From the IMG/VR virus record IMGVR_UViG_3300030389_001655, positions 1 through 54,759 of that record: a stretch of 54,759 nt of DNA. One strand, given 5' to 3'. Source of the stretch: a virus. Its lineage: Duplodnaviria > Caudoviricetes. A program made the position numbers and the translations under genes. The notes beneath the pieces were generated by a model. That model saw nothing but the letters and a program-made list of their open reading frames with translations. It made no database searches and had not been told where the DNA came from. Shown piece by piece: positions 9,938-19,495 of the stretch (within the stretch, counting starts at the first letter, position 1; each line of letters begins with the position of its first letter).

Positions 9938-11872
9938 ATGGCTCCAAAACAAACATTGTCACAAGGGTTAATAAATCAATTAGTTCCTAGATCTTCTTTA
10001 GGTAGAGATTTTACAACCAAATTAAATCAACTACGAGGTGATCAACAAGAAGCTTTAAATATTCTTGGTTTTAAAGATTACACGGGATCTTTAGGACCAA
10101 GTGATACCTTGTTAGGCAAAGGTGCAAAATCCTTAACAGAAGGTGCTTTAAATATCCCCTTTGCAGTCGGTGAACTCTTTAAAGATATATCTTTACCTTT
10201 CCAAGCTGGTGAAGCTGGTGTAACTGCTTTACTTAAATCTTTAGTAGATCCATTGCAAACAGAACGAGGTAGAAAAAAAGCTGCTGAGAAAATGGCAGTT
10301 GGAACAAGTGGTTTAGAATTAGGTTTGCCGATAGACACAACAGTTCCAAGAGGTCAATTAGGACCTAATCCAATTATTGGTCAAACACTAAAAGAAAGAG
10401 AAGATGCTTTAAGAAATTTAAGAGAAAAAAAATCTGAAATAGACGAATTTGCTATTGGCACGGGAAAAGACGAGAGTGTAAAAACAACAGAGGGTGCAGA
10501 TGTTACATCATCACCAAAATTTACTGATCCAACAGCAGAGGCAGCTCAAGAGGCTGCAGATAAAGAAGAGGCATTAGCTTCTTCTCCTGATGAAGATCTT
10601 GATTATACAGACACATACACCGAAGAAGAATTAAAGGCAGTTAATGATCCTGAAGTTAAAAAGAAAGCTGCACAAGCTGAATTATTTACTTCTGCTATGA
10701 AAGAAATAGAAGATATATATGGTGACGACAGTGAACCAAAAAAACGCAAAACTATTGATGATTATAAAGCTGATTTTGCGAGAGCTACAGGCATAGATAT
10801 ATCGGGTGAGCCTGATAATAAATCTGCTTTGATGGCATTAGGCTTATCTCTTATGCAGAACAGAGCTGGTAAAGGTTTTAATTTATCTAACATATTAGGT
10901 GAAGTTGGAGCTGCTGGTCAAGCTGCCTTACCTAAATTTGAAGAGGCTAGAAAAGAAGCAAGAGCTGCTCAAGTCGCTGCAGGTAAGTTTGCATTGCAAG
11001 AACAAAAAGCAGATCAAAAAGCTGCATTGGCTCTAGCTAAAGAAAAAAGAACTGCATTAGCAGCAGTATCTAAGGAATTTAGAGGTTATGCAAATAAACA
11101 ACAACTAGAGTATTTAAAACATAGAAACAATATGGAAATTAAGTTACTTGAGAATGATATGAAGCCTATTGATGCAAAGGGCAAAGTAACTACACAAACA
11201 CTTGAAGGTAATAATTTTCTTAAAGTAGATACAGCTTTTGTTACTGGATCAAGAAACAGAGTATTTTTAGCACCAGTGCAACAAGCAAAACAACACGCTA
11301 ATCAATATGTAAATGTATTAGAGGCAAGCAATAGTATTAATGAAGTTAAAAGCATACTTCAAGATTTAGGAAAAGCAAATGATGCAACTGCCATTGGTCT
11401 TTTGAAAGATAGAGTATTAAGTGTTCTGAAACCATTAGGCATAGGAGATACAGACTACTCAAAAGGAGTTGCTGAAATTATTGACAAAGGCACTAATCCT
11501 GAACAAAAAGTAAGGGCTATTCAAGATAGATTAATATCACAATATAAAAAGTTCTTAACAAAAGAAACAGGAAATGGTGTGTCCGAAGGAGACATCAAGA
11601 GATTGCAACAATTAATAGGAGAAATAAAAATTGGGCAGCCTTTATCTGAAAACTTAAATAGACTTGATCAACTTTCACAAATATTCGCAGCACCACAAAG
11701 AGCCATAGAGAGTCAACTTAACGCTTTTTCAAAAAGAGAAAATTATAGAAATGATGATGAATATAACAAAACTATGGCTATATTAAATAAAGCAATTCGC
11801 ACTGGAACAGATGGCACTTATAATTTAAATGTTAATGAAGATGGTGTGATTAATATAGATTTGACAAAATAA
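9938..11872 (+). CDS. Putative internal virion protein
   Basis: 644 aa helical/charged ORF between ejection-type genes. Confidence 0.5.
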   Translation: MAPKQTLSQGLINQLVPRSSLGRDFTTKLNQLRGDQQEALNILGFKDYTGSLGPSDTLLGKGAKSLTEGALNIPFAVGELFKDISLPFQAGEAGVTALLKSLVDPLQTERGRKKAAEKMAVGTSGLELGLPIDTTVPRGQLGPNPIIGQTLKEREDALRNLREKKSEIDEFAIGTGKDESVKTTEGADVTSSPKFTDPTAEAAQEAADKEEALASSPDEDLDYTDTYTEEELKAVNDPEVKKKAAQAELFTSAMKEIEDIYGDDSEPKKRKTIDDYKADFARATGIDISGEPDNKSALMALGLSLMQNRAGKGFNLSNILGEVGAAGQAALPKFEEARKEARAAQVAAGKFALQEQKADQKAALALAKEKRTALAAVSKEFRGYANKQQLEYLKHRNNMEIKLLENDMKPIDAKGKVTTQTLEGNNFLKVDTAFVTGSRNRVFLAPVQQAKQHANQYVNVLEASNSINEVKSILQDLGKANDATAIGLLKDRVLSVLKPLGIGDTDYSKGVAEIIDKGTNPEQKVRAIQDRLISQYKKFLTKETGNGVSEGDIKRLQQLIGEIKIGQPLSENLNRLDQLSQIFAAPQRAIESQLNAFSKRENYRNDDEYNKTMAILNKAIRTGTDGTYNLNVNEDGVINIDLTK

Positions 11873-14800
11873 TGGGTAAAGTTGTTTTAAATACACCACA
11901 GGGTAAAGTTAATATCACAATTGCAGGTGACAAGCCTACATTTGAAGAATCAATACAAATTAATAACATCATTAGACAATCAGGTGCTGGACAATTAGTT
12001 TCTAAAGAGGAACCAAATACTGCTGACAAGCTCGAACAATTGTTTGATACTAGCACAGGTATTAAAAGTAATGCTTTGCGTTCAGCTTTAAGTGTTGCTG
12101 AAAATAATGAAGAAGAGGATGCTATACTTCGTAAGTTTGATCTTAGTGATGATGATTTTCTTAGAGATAATAGAGGTAGATTAGCTCTCACACCTACTGG
12201 TGCAGCTAAGTTTGGACAAGAAACAGATAAAAATATACTTATAGATGAAGAAGGCTTTAGTCGTTATGACTTTTCCGATCTCGCTGGTGTAGCACCAGAA
12301 TTAGTAGCTGGTATAGGTGGAGCTATAGCTGGTCAGATAGCTATTCCAATTCCTATTTTAGGTGCTGCAATTGGAGCTGGATTAGGAGCTGGAGGAGGTC
12401 AAGCTATAGAAGAGATAGGTGAAGCAGTTGCTGGTGTACAAAAACAAGACATTGGCGAAATTGGAAAAGACGTAGTAAAAGAAGCAGCGATTGGTTTTTT
12501 TAGTGATTTAACATTTGGAGCGGCTGCTGCTACTTTTAGAGCCGTCAGAAGAGGTGTTACACCTGGTAAAGATTTAACAGCAACAGAGCTTGAGACAGCA
12601 GGCTTATCAACATCTCCACCAATAGATGAAGCTGGTAATGTAATAAAACCAAAAGACTTTGCAAAACTGTCTGCTGATGACAAGATTGCAGCAGTAAACA
12701 GGACTGTAACATTAGAAGATGGCACTGTTGTAAAAGGTGGATTTGGTGTTAAGCCTACGTTGTCAGCCATAAGAGCACCATCTCTTGTAGCAAGAATACA
12801 AGCTATTGGAGAAAAAATATTTAAAACATCAGACAGACTTAAAAATAATAATGATGTTATTAAACAAGTTATTGATGCGTACAAAGAAAAGTTTGGATTA
12901 GAAGGAGCTGACGCAGTTGATGTTGGTGATATACTTAAACGAGGTATGGTTGATAACAACGAACAATTGATAAAAGCTGAAAAAAAAGCACAAAAAGAAA
13001 TAATAGCACAAATGAAAGGTGCAGTTGGTGTTTTTAGAAGAGCTGCTGATGAAAATGGTTCTGTTGATGATGATTTGTTTGACATATTTAAAAATGCTTC
13101 AGATGAGTTCGACTCTTTTATTTCTGGTAAATTTAGAGCTGTGGACGACATATTAAGAGATGATGCTGGATTGGGCAGGCAAGGAGTTATGTACGTTAAC
13201 AATTTCGCAAATCATCTTCAAAGAATTAAAAGTGATTATGCTTCACAAATTGCTGCAAAAGATATTGATGGCAAGGCATTTGACAATATTATATCTTCAT
13301 TTGAGGCAGTTGCAGGCAAGTTAGATGAAGGTCTTAAAGAGTCAGTATCCTTTAATCAATTGTATAATTTAAGAAAAACTATAAGTGATATACGAATGGG
13401 TTCTAATGAAACTGTTCGTAAGGAGCTTGTGAACGCAAACGGCACAGGGCTGTTAGATGAAATTGATAATATGTTTAAGCAGATGGGTGATGAAAATAGT
13501 CAACTGTTTAGAGATTTGTCTGGCAGACTTGGAGATACTATTTCAGTTAATAAATTTAAAAACGCTGGTAAAACATTAAGAGCTGCACAAGCAGAATTTT
13601 TTCAAGGCAAAAGTATGTTGGAAGATTTATATGCTTCTCAATCAATTAAAAATTTAGATAAATATAGAACTGTGCCAGGCGAGCTTGATAAAGCACCAAT
13701 GAACATAGACATTTATAAAAATGTTGTTAAGTCAAATAACCCACAATTTTTACAAAGAGCTAAAGATTTTCTTAGAGAGTATGGTGGTGTTCAAGGTGGC
13801 AAAACTGGAGATGAAATTGCAGATGAGTTTACTGCGAGAGCTGCAAATCAATTTTTGGAGGATGCCATTGAAACATCAGGAATTAAAAATTTTAAAAATG
13901 TAAAAGATTTTAACGGCACAAAGTTTGCGATGGCTATAAAAGGTCTTGGCACAACTGCAAAAGAATTGTTCGGAGATAAAACGAATCAAATTTTAAAATT
14001 AGCTGATGAAATAGGTGGCGTTAAAATATCAGGATTGCAAGCTAGAAATGTTTTAGATCAATATAGAGATGCTATTGGAGGTTCCGAAAGCATGGATGGT
14101 TTGTTAAGTAAACTACAGTCTTTGTCTGAAACACAAAAAATATTAGTTAGAGAACAAAGAAATAGAATAATTAACAAGTTGCAAGACGAAGCTTTAGATT
14201 TAGATCCTTTAGAGGCTGCAAGATTTTTAGTTCAAAAACAAACTAAAAACTCTGAAATTAAGCCAATTATGAATTATTTTGCAAGAAATCAAGATGATGC
14301 TTCATTACAAAAAATCAGATCTTATTACATAAGCAGTATGATCGATGATTTTGGTGAGTCAGTTATGACAGACGGCAAATCTTTAAACGCTTTTGCAGAT
14401 AGAATATTAGCTGCTGCAGAGGATGGAAAACTACGAACAATTTTTCCAGGTGGCGTTGGTGAAAGTATGGAAAAGTTTGGTAAAATATTAAAATTTAATG
14501 CAAGGGCTGCCGAGGGTGGAGATCTTGTTGCAGCTAACATTGCAGCTTCTCCATTTCAAAACTTAGGTAAACTGGCAAAATTTACAATACTCGGTAATAG
14601 AATGTTATCACAAAGTTATTATGATGACATCATATCTCAATTTAATGGCATTACGTTGAAACAATTTAAAAAACCAGCAGACAGAGCAAAAAGTCTTGGA
14701 TCTATTATTGGCAAAGCACTTAGTCAATCAACTGGTCAAACAATCGATAATGCTATTAATGAAGCAGAAGACCAGATTGATGCAATTTTAGAAAGTTCTG

Positions 14801-15030
14801 GTGTAAAGAGTCAAATACAAAATGTTACACAACAATTAGGTCCTGCTATTAATCAAGCTAGAACAGGTATTAATCAAGTTAGAAACGTAGCTTCTGCACC
14901 TACCATTAATCCACCAGCAGCAGGAACTCAACTCGCTGGTGTAAATATTTCTAATCCAGCTAATGCTTTTTCGTTAGGTCTTAATCCTCAGAATATAGCC
15001 ATAGCACAAAGAACAAGAGGAACTCCATGA
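11872..15030 (+). CDS. Large internal virion / ejection protein
   Basis: 1052 aa, helical, glycine-zipper segment (GIGGAIAG..GAAIGAGLGAGGG); last large gene of the late operon. Confidence 0.55.
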   Translation: MGKVVLNTPQGKVNITIAGDKPTFEESIQINNIIRQSGAGQLVSKEEPNTADKLEQLFDTSTGIKSNALRSALSVAENNEEEDAILRKFDLSDDDFLRDNRGRLALTPTGAAKFGQETDKNILIDEEGFSRYDFSDLAGVAPELVAGIGGAIAGQIAIPIPILGAAIGAGLGAGGGQAIEEIGEAVAGVQKQDIGEIGKDVVKEAAIGFFSDLTFGAAAATFRAVRRGVTPGKDLTATELETAGLSTSPPIDEAGNVIKPKDFAKLSADDKIAAVNRTVTLEDGTVVKGGFGVKPTLSAIRAPSLVARIQAIGEKIFKTSDRLKNNNDVIKQVIDAYKEKFGLEGADAVDVGDILKRGMVDNNEQLIKAEKKAQKEIIAQMKGAVGVFRRAADENGSVDDDLFDIFKNASDEFDSFISGKFRAVDDILRDDAGLGRQGVMYVNNFANHLQRIKSDYASQIAAKDIDGKAFDNIISSFEAVAGKLDEGLKESVSFNQLYNLRKTISDIRMGSNETVRKELVNANGTGLLDEIDNMFKQMGDENSQLFRDLSGRLGDTISVNKFKNAGKTLRAAQAEFFQGKSMLEDLYASQSIKNLDKYRTVPGELDKAPMNIDIYKNVVKSNNPQFLQRAKDFLREYGGVQGGKTGDEIADEFTARAANQFLEDAIETSGIKNFKNVKDFNGTKFAMAIKGLGTTAKELFGDKTNQILKLADEIGGVKISGLQARNVLDQYRDAIGGSESMDGLLSKLQSLSETQKILVREQRNRIINKLQDEALDLDPLEAARFLVQKQTKNSEIKPIMNYFARNQDDASLQKIRSYYISSMIDDFGESVMTDGKSLNAFADRILAAAEDGKLRTIFPGGVGESMEKFGKILKFNARAAEGGDLVAANIAASPFQNLGKLAKFTILGNRMLSQSYYDDIISQFNGITLKQFKKPADRAKSLGSIIGKALSQSTGQTIDNAINEAEDQIDAILESSGVKSQIQNVTQQLGPAINQARTGINQVRNVASAPTINPPAAGTQLAGVNISNPANAFSLGLNPQNIAIAQRTRGTP

Positions 15031-15476
15031 ACATAGATGAGCTCAGACAAGAGATACAGAATGACGAGGGACGGGTCAACTCCGTGTATTTGGACCACCT
15101 TTCCCTGCCTACCATAGGAATTGGACATTTGATAAAAGAGTCAGACCCAGAGTATGGATTACCAGTAGGAACAGTGGTTGATGACGAAAGAGTTAACGAA
15201 TTATTTGACCAGGACATCAAAGTTACGCTGTCTGAGTGCGAACAATTATACGGAAACTTTAACGATTTACCTGAAGAAGTACAAAAAATATTGGCGAATA
15301 TGATGTTTAATTTAGGCAGACCAAGGCTTTCCAAATTCAGAAAGCTATGCAAAGCTGTAGCTGATAGAGACTGGCAAGAATGTGCTGTCCAGATGGAGGA
15401 CAGCCGCTGGCATAAACAGGTAACTAATCGTGCTAATCGTTTAATCTCTAGGATGAAGTCTGTTGATAGCACCTAA
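15027..15476 (+). CDS. Lysozyme (T4-like, GH24) endolysin
   Basis: DEG....Y.D....TIGIGH catalytic motif, NMMFNLG, SRW..Q..NRA. Confidence 0.9.
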   Translation: MNIDELRQEIQNDEGRVNSVYLDHLSLPTIGIGHLIKESDPEYGLPVGTVVDDERVNELFDQDIKVTLSECEQLYGNFNDLPEEVQKILANMMFNLGRPRLSKFRKLCKAVADRDWQECAVQMEDSRWHKQVTNRANRLISRMKSVDST

Positions 15477-15653
15477 TCCTAGGCTTGTTACTTTAGCTCT
15501 GTAATCGTTATACTCTTCTTTCTCAAATTCTTTATCGATCATTAATCCTAGTTGTTGTCTAATATTTCTTCTCTGATGTTCGCATATTTTGTTTAGCTTT
15601 TCATAACTTTTTAAATCTAAACCAACTGACTTGAATTTTGTTGTGTCTGTCAT
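15441..15653 (-). CDS. Ribbon-helix-helix (Arc/CopG-like) DNA-binding protein
   Basis: KFKSVGLDLKSYEKLNKICEHQRRNIRQQL pattern; GGAGG RBS on the minus strand at 15661-15665. Confidence 0.65.
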   Translation of the reverse strand: MTDTTKFKSVGLDLKSYEKLNKICEHQRRNIRQQLGLMIDKEFEKEEYNDYRAKVTSLGLGAINRLHPRD

Positions 15654-15665
15654 TATACTACCTCC

Positions 15666-16043
15666 ATGACTTATAAATACCCAATTATACCCAAAAAAAC
15701 TAGAAGACCCAACAAGTATTTTGCTAAAAAAACATTAGCCTTTGGTTTAAAGTTTGATTCAAAGTGGGAGAGTGAAAGATGGGGACAGTTAAAAGCTATG
15801 GAAAAAGCTGGTGTTGTTACAGAATTAGAACGACAGGTGCGTTATACTTTGTCAATCAATGATATTAAAATATGTGATTATATTGCTGACTTTAGATATC
15901 TGCAACAGGACGAAGATGGATTTTCAAAACTTATTGTCGAGGATGCTAAAGGCGTACTAACACCAGAATTTAAACTTAAACAGAAGATGATGAAAGCTAT
16001 ACATGGTATAGACATTCATCTCTCCTATAAAAGTAAACGCTAA
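15666..16043 (+). CDS. DUF1064-like PD-(D/E)XK endonuclease
   Basis: NKY.AKKT...FDSK.E, YIADFRY, VEDAKG..T..FKLK motifs. Confidence 0.8.
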   Translation: MTYKYPIIPKKTRRPNKYFAKKTLAFGLKFDSKWESERWGQLKAMEKAGVVTELERQVRYTLSINDIKICDYIADFRYLQQDEDGFSKLIVEDAKGVLTPEFKLKQKMMKAIHGIDIHLSYKSKR

Positions 16044-16127
16044 TTTGCATCAAGAATTTTTTTACTCATCTTCTCAATGGTAGTGGCAAATCATCTTGAC
16101 ATAGTAATTCTGCAATTACTATACCAA

Positions 16128-16886
16128 TTACGACCTTTTGCCATAAATCTTTAATCTAATTCGTCTATCAGGACTGGTTTTATGATTATAAAGCTTTTCG
16201 ATCATAATTATAAAATCATCTCTACTACCCTGATTGGTTAATTTAGAAGAAAAGTTTTCTACTCTTTTCTTAAATATTGACCAGACAAAAGATTTATCAT
16301 TCATTACTGCAATCATAGCACGAATGAAATTACATTTTTTCCATTTATCAAAATAATGACTTATCCATAAAATAGATTTAGCAATCTCTTTACCTTTTTC
16401 TAAATCATGCACTTTGAAATTACCCTCACGAAATTCTTTATAATCGTGCTGGTCTAGGTAACCTTTACCATTTAACATGGCTAATGAATCAGACACGCTA
16501 AATCCATAGGTCCTAACAAACCATTCTAAGGTTACATAATGCTCTGCACCTAATTTAAAATGACTCATCATATATTCGTGCATGGTCCATTTTCTGTTAA
16601 CAGAATTTAACTTTCTTATATCTTGTAAAGTCAAACCCTTCTTTACAATATAATGAACTGGCAAACCTAAAACTTTATAAGCTTCAAGTCTGTGTTGACC
16701 ATCGCATACTTCCATATTCTCATTAACGATAATAGGTATACTTAAATCCCTTTCATCGATATGACCTGAAAGATCTTTGACGTGCTTATTCACTATATCT
16801 CTATTTCCGACTAAGTATGAAAACTTACTATAGTCAGAAGTAACGTGTATTTTATTTTTATTAATATTTTGCAATTTTTTCTCCAT
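16128..16886 (-). CDS. ParB/Srx N-terminal-domain protein
   Basis: GNR.....HV, PIIVNENMEVCDGQHRLEA motif. Confidence 0.7.
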   Translation of the reverse strand: MEKKLQNINKNKIHVTSDYSKFSYLVGNRDIVNKHVKDLSGHIDERDLSIPIIVNENMEVCDGQHRLEAYKVLGLPVHYIVKKGLTLQDIRKLNSVNRKWTMHEYMMSHFKLGAEHYVTLEWFVRTYGFSVSDSLAMLNGKGYLDQHDYKEFREGNFKVHDLEKGKEIAKSILWISHYFDKWKKCNFIRAMIAVMNDKSFVWSIFKKRVENFSSKLTNQGSRDDFIIMIEKLYNHKTSPDRRIRLKIYGKRS

Positions 16887-17317
16887 TAGCTGAAAATTGT
16901 CTTAGTTTGTGCATTTTGCAATTTTTTAAGTTGCTCCTGCATTTTTCTTTTTTCTCGCCTGGCGTAGCGATAGTCTTTAGTTATTAGTGCAACAGTGGAT
17001 GCTATTGATCTATTATCCTCTTTTGCAATTGTAACTAAATCCTCATACACAGTTCCATGAACATTAAGAGACTTAAATTTATTTTTTTTTTCTAAATCTT
17101 CAAGTTCATATACTGGCTCCATGTAATTGCCATCAGGATCAGCATATTCTTCTCGAAAAGAATTATGCAATTTTTGTTGTGCTTCTGAAATAGTCAAAAG
17201 ACCATTCTCAGCATCCTCTATAATTTTTTTCGATAGTTGATCCCAAGTTAAATTTGGTTCTTCAACAAGCTTTTTTCTTAGTCTAGGCTTACGAAAAACC
17301 TTTTTTTCTTTAACCAT
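16886..17317 (-). CDS. Putative regulator with C-terminal RHH-like segment
   Basis: KFKSLNVHGTVYEDLVTIAKEDNRSIASTV resembles the 15441 protein; GGAGG RBS. Confidence 0.55.
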   Translation of the reverse strand: MVKEKKVFRKPRLRKKLVEEPNLTWDQLSKKIIEDAENGLLTISEAQQKLHNSFREEYADPDGNYMEPVYELEDLEKKNKFKSLNVHGTVYEDLVTIAKEDNRSIASTVALITKDYRYARREKRKMQEQLKKLQNAQTKTIFS

Positions 17318-17419
17318 TTTTACCTCCTTTTAAAATAAAATAAGTAATGTTATGAACTATTACATAATACTTAATATTTATATTGCAAGTAAAAAAATAA
17401 AAAAATGATAGTTTAAGTA

Positions 17420-17447
17420 TTGACATATATGTAATGATGTCTATATT
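17420..17447 (+). promoter_or_regulatory. Sigma70-type promoter of the replication operon, with degenerate operator
   Basis: TTGACA-N16-TATATT, upstream A-tract, spacer contains GTAATGATGTC. Confidence 0.7.
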
Positions 17448-17487
17448 AGATTGTGCAAGTAGAAATTTATGAGAAAGCGAGGTTAGT

Positions 17488-17922
17488 ATGGCACAGAATT
17501 TCTATGACATGAATGATCAAGAGCTTTTACAGGCAAAGGTTGCCTTAAAGCGTGACATTGATCGTCAAAAAAAAGAGATGGAGGAACTTAACTCTCTATT
17601 GCAAGCAAGGTTTTTTTCTGAAGCTCGTGACGAATTACAGCGAGATGGTAAAGACTTTGGTACGACCACTATATTTAGTGAGCAAGACCAGAAAGTTAAG
17701 GTCGCCATTAATAAAAAAGTAACATGGGATCAGCAAGCATTGCGTGATGCTTTCGATAGCATGGATGCTGAAGATGCAAGACACTATGCAAAAGTCACAT
17801 ACTCTGTTGACGAGAGGAAGTACACTAATGCTCCTCCAGCTATTGTTGCAAAGCTTCAGCCAGCCAGAACTGTCGAGCAAGGCACGATCAATGTTGATCT
17901 TGTACAAACAGAGGAGGCTTAA
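17488..17922 (+). CDS. Conserved phage replication-module protein
   Basis: GKDFGT, KKVTWDQ, Y.V.ERKY motifs; first gene of the operon. Confidence 0.65.
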   Translation: MAQNFYDMNDQELLQAKVALKRDIDRQKKEMEELNSLLQARFFSEARDELQRDGKDFGTTTIFSEQDQKVKVAINKKVTWDQQALRDAFDSMDAEDARHYAKVTYSVDERKYTNAPPAIVAKLQPARTVEQGTINVDLVQTEEA

Positions 17923-18777
17923 TTGGCTTTAGAAATAATAACTGCCGAACAACGTATGGCAGAAAAGCGAGGTCATAAGATGGTCATCTGTGGTCAAAGT
18001 GGTGTGGGCAAGACAACTCTTGCCCGTACTCTTGATGCAGATAAGACTTTGTTTATTGATCTTGAGGCAGGAGATACTGCCATTAAGGATTTTCCTATTG
18101 ATGTAATTAGACCAAAGACATGGCAAGAGTGTCGTGACTTTGTTTGTTATATTGGTGGTGTTAATCCATCTTTAACAAGGGAGCCTTATGATAAACTACA
18201 TCATGAGAGAGTTATGCAAGAGTTTGGAGATAAACTTGTGCGAATGAGTAAATACGACACTATATTTGTAGATAGTATTACAGTTGCAGGACGTTTGTGT
18301 TTTCAATATTGTATGTCTCATCCCGATAACATTGCTGAAAGATCTGGCAAAGTTGATACTCGTGCTGCTTATGGTATGCACGGCAGAGAGATGATGGCTT
18401 GGCTAACTCATCTACAACATATTAGAGATAAGAATGTTATATTAGTTGGCATACTTGATTCTAAGTTAGATGATTATGGTCGAACTAATTATGAGTTACA
18501 GATAGAGGGTTCTAAAACTGCACGAGAACTACCTGGAATTGTTGATGAAGTTATCACAATGACAGTTATGGGTGGTGGCGAAGGTGTGCAACCTTATAGA
18601 GCTTTCGTATGTCAAACTCTTAATGAGTGGGGTTATCCAGCCAAAGATAGATCTGGCAAACTTGAGGTTATTGAAGAGCCACATTTAGGCAAACTTTTAG
18701 AAAAGCTTAATGGCAATCCTTTGACCGATTTAAATAAAGTTGAATCACAACCAATAAAGAAAGGAGAATTATCGTGA
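17923..18777 (+). CDS. AAA_24 / Sak4-like ATPase
   Basis: TTG start with GAGGAGG RBS; Walker A GQSGVGKT, IDLEAG, Walker B IFVDSIT, AKDRSG. Confidence 0.85.
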   Translation: MALEIITAEQRMAEKRGHKMVICGQSGVGKTTLARTLDADKTLFIDLEAGDTAIKDFPIDVIRPKTWQECRDFVCYIGGVNPSLTREPYDKLHHERVMQEFGDKLVRMSKYDTIFVDSITVAGRLCFQYCMSHPDNIAERSGKVDTRAAYGMHGREMMAWLTHLQHIRDKNVILVGILDSKLDDYGRTNYELQIEGSKTARELPGIVDEVITMTVMGGGEGVQPYRAFVCQTLNEWGYPAKDRSGKLEVIEEPHLGKLLEKLNGNPLTDLNKVESQPIKKGELS

Positions 18778-19391
18778 TTGATTTAAATAATGTAACTGGG
18801 GGTGGTGGTTCTGATTTTGAACTCATTCCCGAAGGGACTATTGCAAGAGCAATAATAAATATACAACCTAATCCTTTAACTATTCCAGAGTTAAGTAACA
18901 CGCCAATGTTTAAGCAATCAACAAGCTCATCTGCTAAATGGATGGATGTTGAGTATACCATTTTTGGTGGTCAATTTGACAGACGTAGGTTCTGGCATAA
19001 GCATTTTTTTGATGGTGATTCCAAAGATACAGATGGTGTATCTAAGTCAAAAAAAATTAGCTTGGCTTGGTTAAAGGCAGTTTTAGAGAGTCATAAGAAT
19101 ATAGCTTCTAATGATGCTTCACCAGAGGCACAAGCCGTTAGGCAATTAGATCCTTCTAAGGGTGGAGTTGCATCTATTAACGGCATGAGTGTTTGTGTTA
19201 AAGTAGGTATTGAGAAATCAAATGATCCTCAATATGGTGACAAAAACATACTTAGAGTTGTTTTGACACCTGGCATGGATGGTTATATTCCTAACGGCGA
19301 TACACCGAATAGTTCACCACCTGTAGGCGGGGGCACTCCACCAGTGAATAATGGTGGTGGTGCTACTGTACCCAGTTGGGCAAAGGGATAG
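18774..19391 (+). CDS. Putative single-stranded DNA-binding protein (DUF669-like)
   Basis: FELIPEG N-terminus, Pro/Gly-rich tail ending PSWA; follows a Sak4-like gene. Confidence 0.6.
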   Translation: MIDLNNVTGGGGSDFELIPEGTIARAIINIQPNPLTIPELSNTPMFKQSTSSSAKWMDVEYTIFGGQFDRRRFWHKHFFDGDSKDTDGVSKSKKISLAWLKAVLESHKNIASNDASPEAQAVRQLDPSKGGVASINGMSVCVKVGIEKSNDPQYGDKNILRVVLTPGMDGYIPNGDTPNSSPPVGGGTPPVNNGGGATVPSWAKG

Positions 19392-19405
19392 TGGTGAAAG
19401 GCATA

Positions 19406-19473
19406 GCAAGGGCTAACTGACCTTAGTCTACTTGCAACTCGTTTGGGTAGTACGAGTGCCCTAAAACTACCCA
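19406..19473 (+). promoter_or_regulatory. Structured leader (hairpin plus H-type pseudoknot) upstream of helicase
   Basis: Hairpin 19406-19435; S1 ACTCGT 19437-42 / ACGAGT 19452-57; S2 TGGGTAGT 19444-51 / ACTACCCA 19466-73. Confidence 0.55.
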
Positions 19474-19495
19474 CCATTAAGCCAGTGAGGGATAT

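Noticed and set aside
16128-16886. DGQHR motif as a DndB/phosphorothioation component
   Set aside because: No dnd/ssp genes nearby; the motif is general to the ParB/Srx fold
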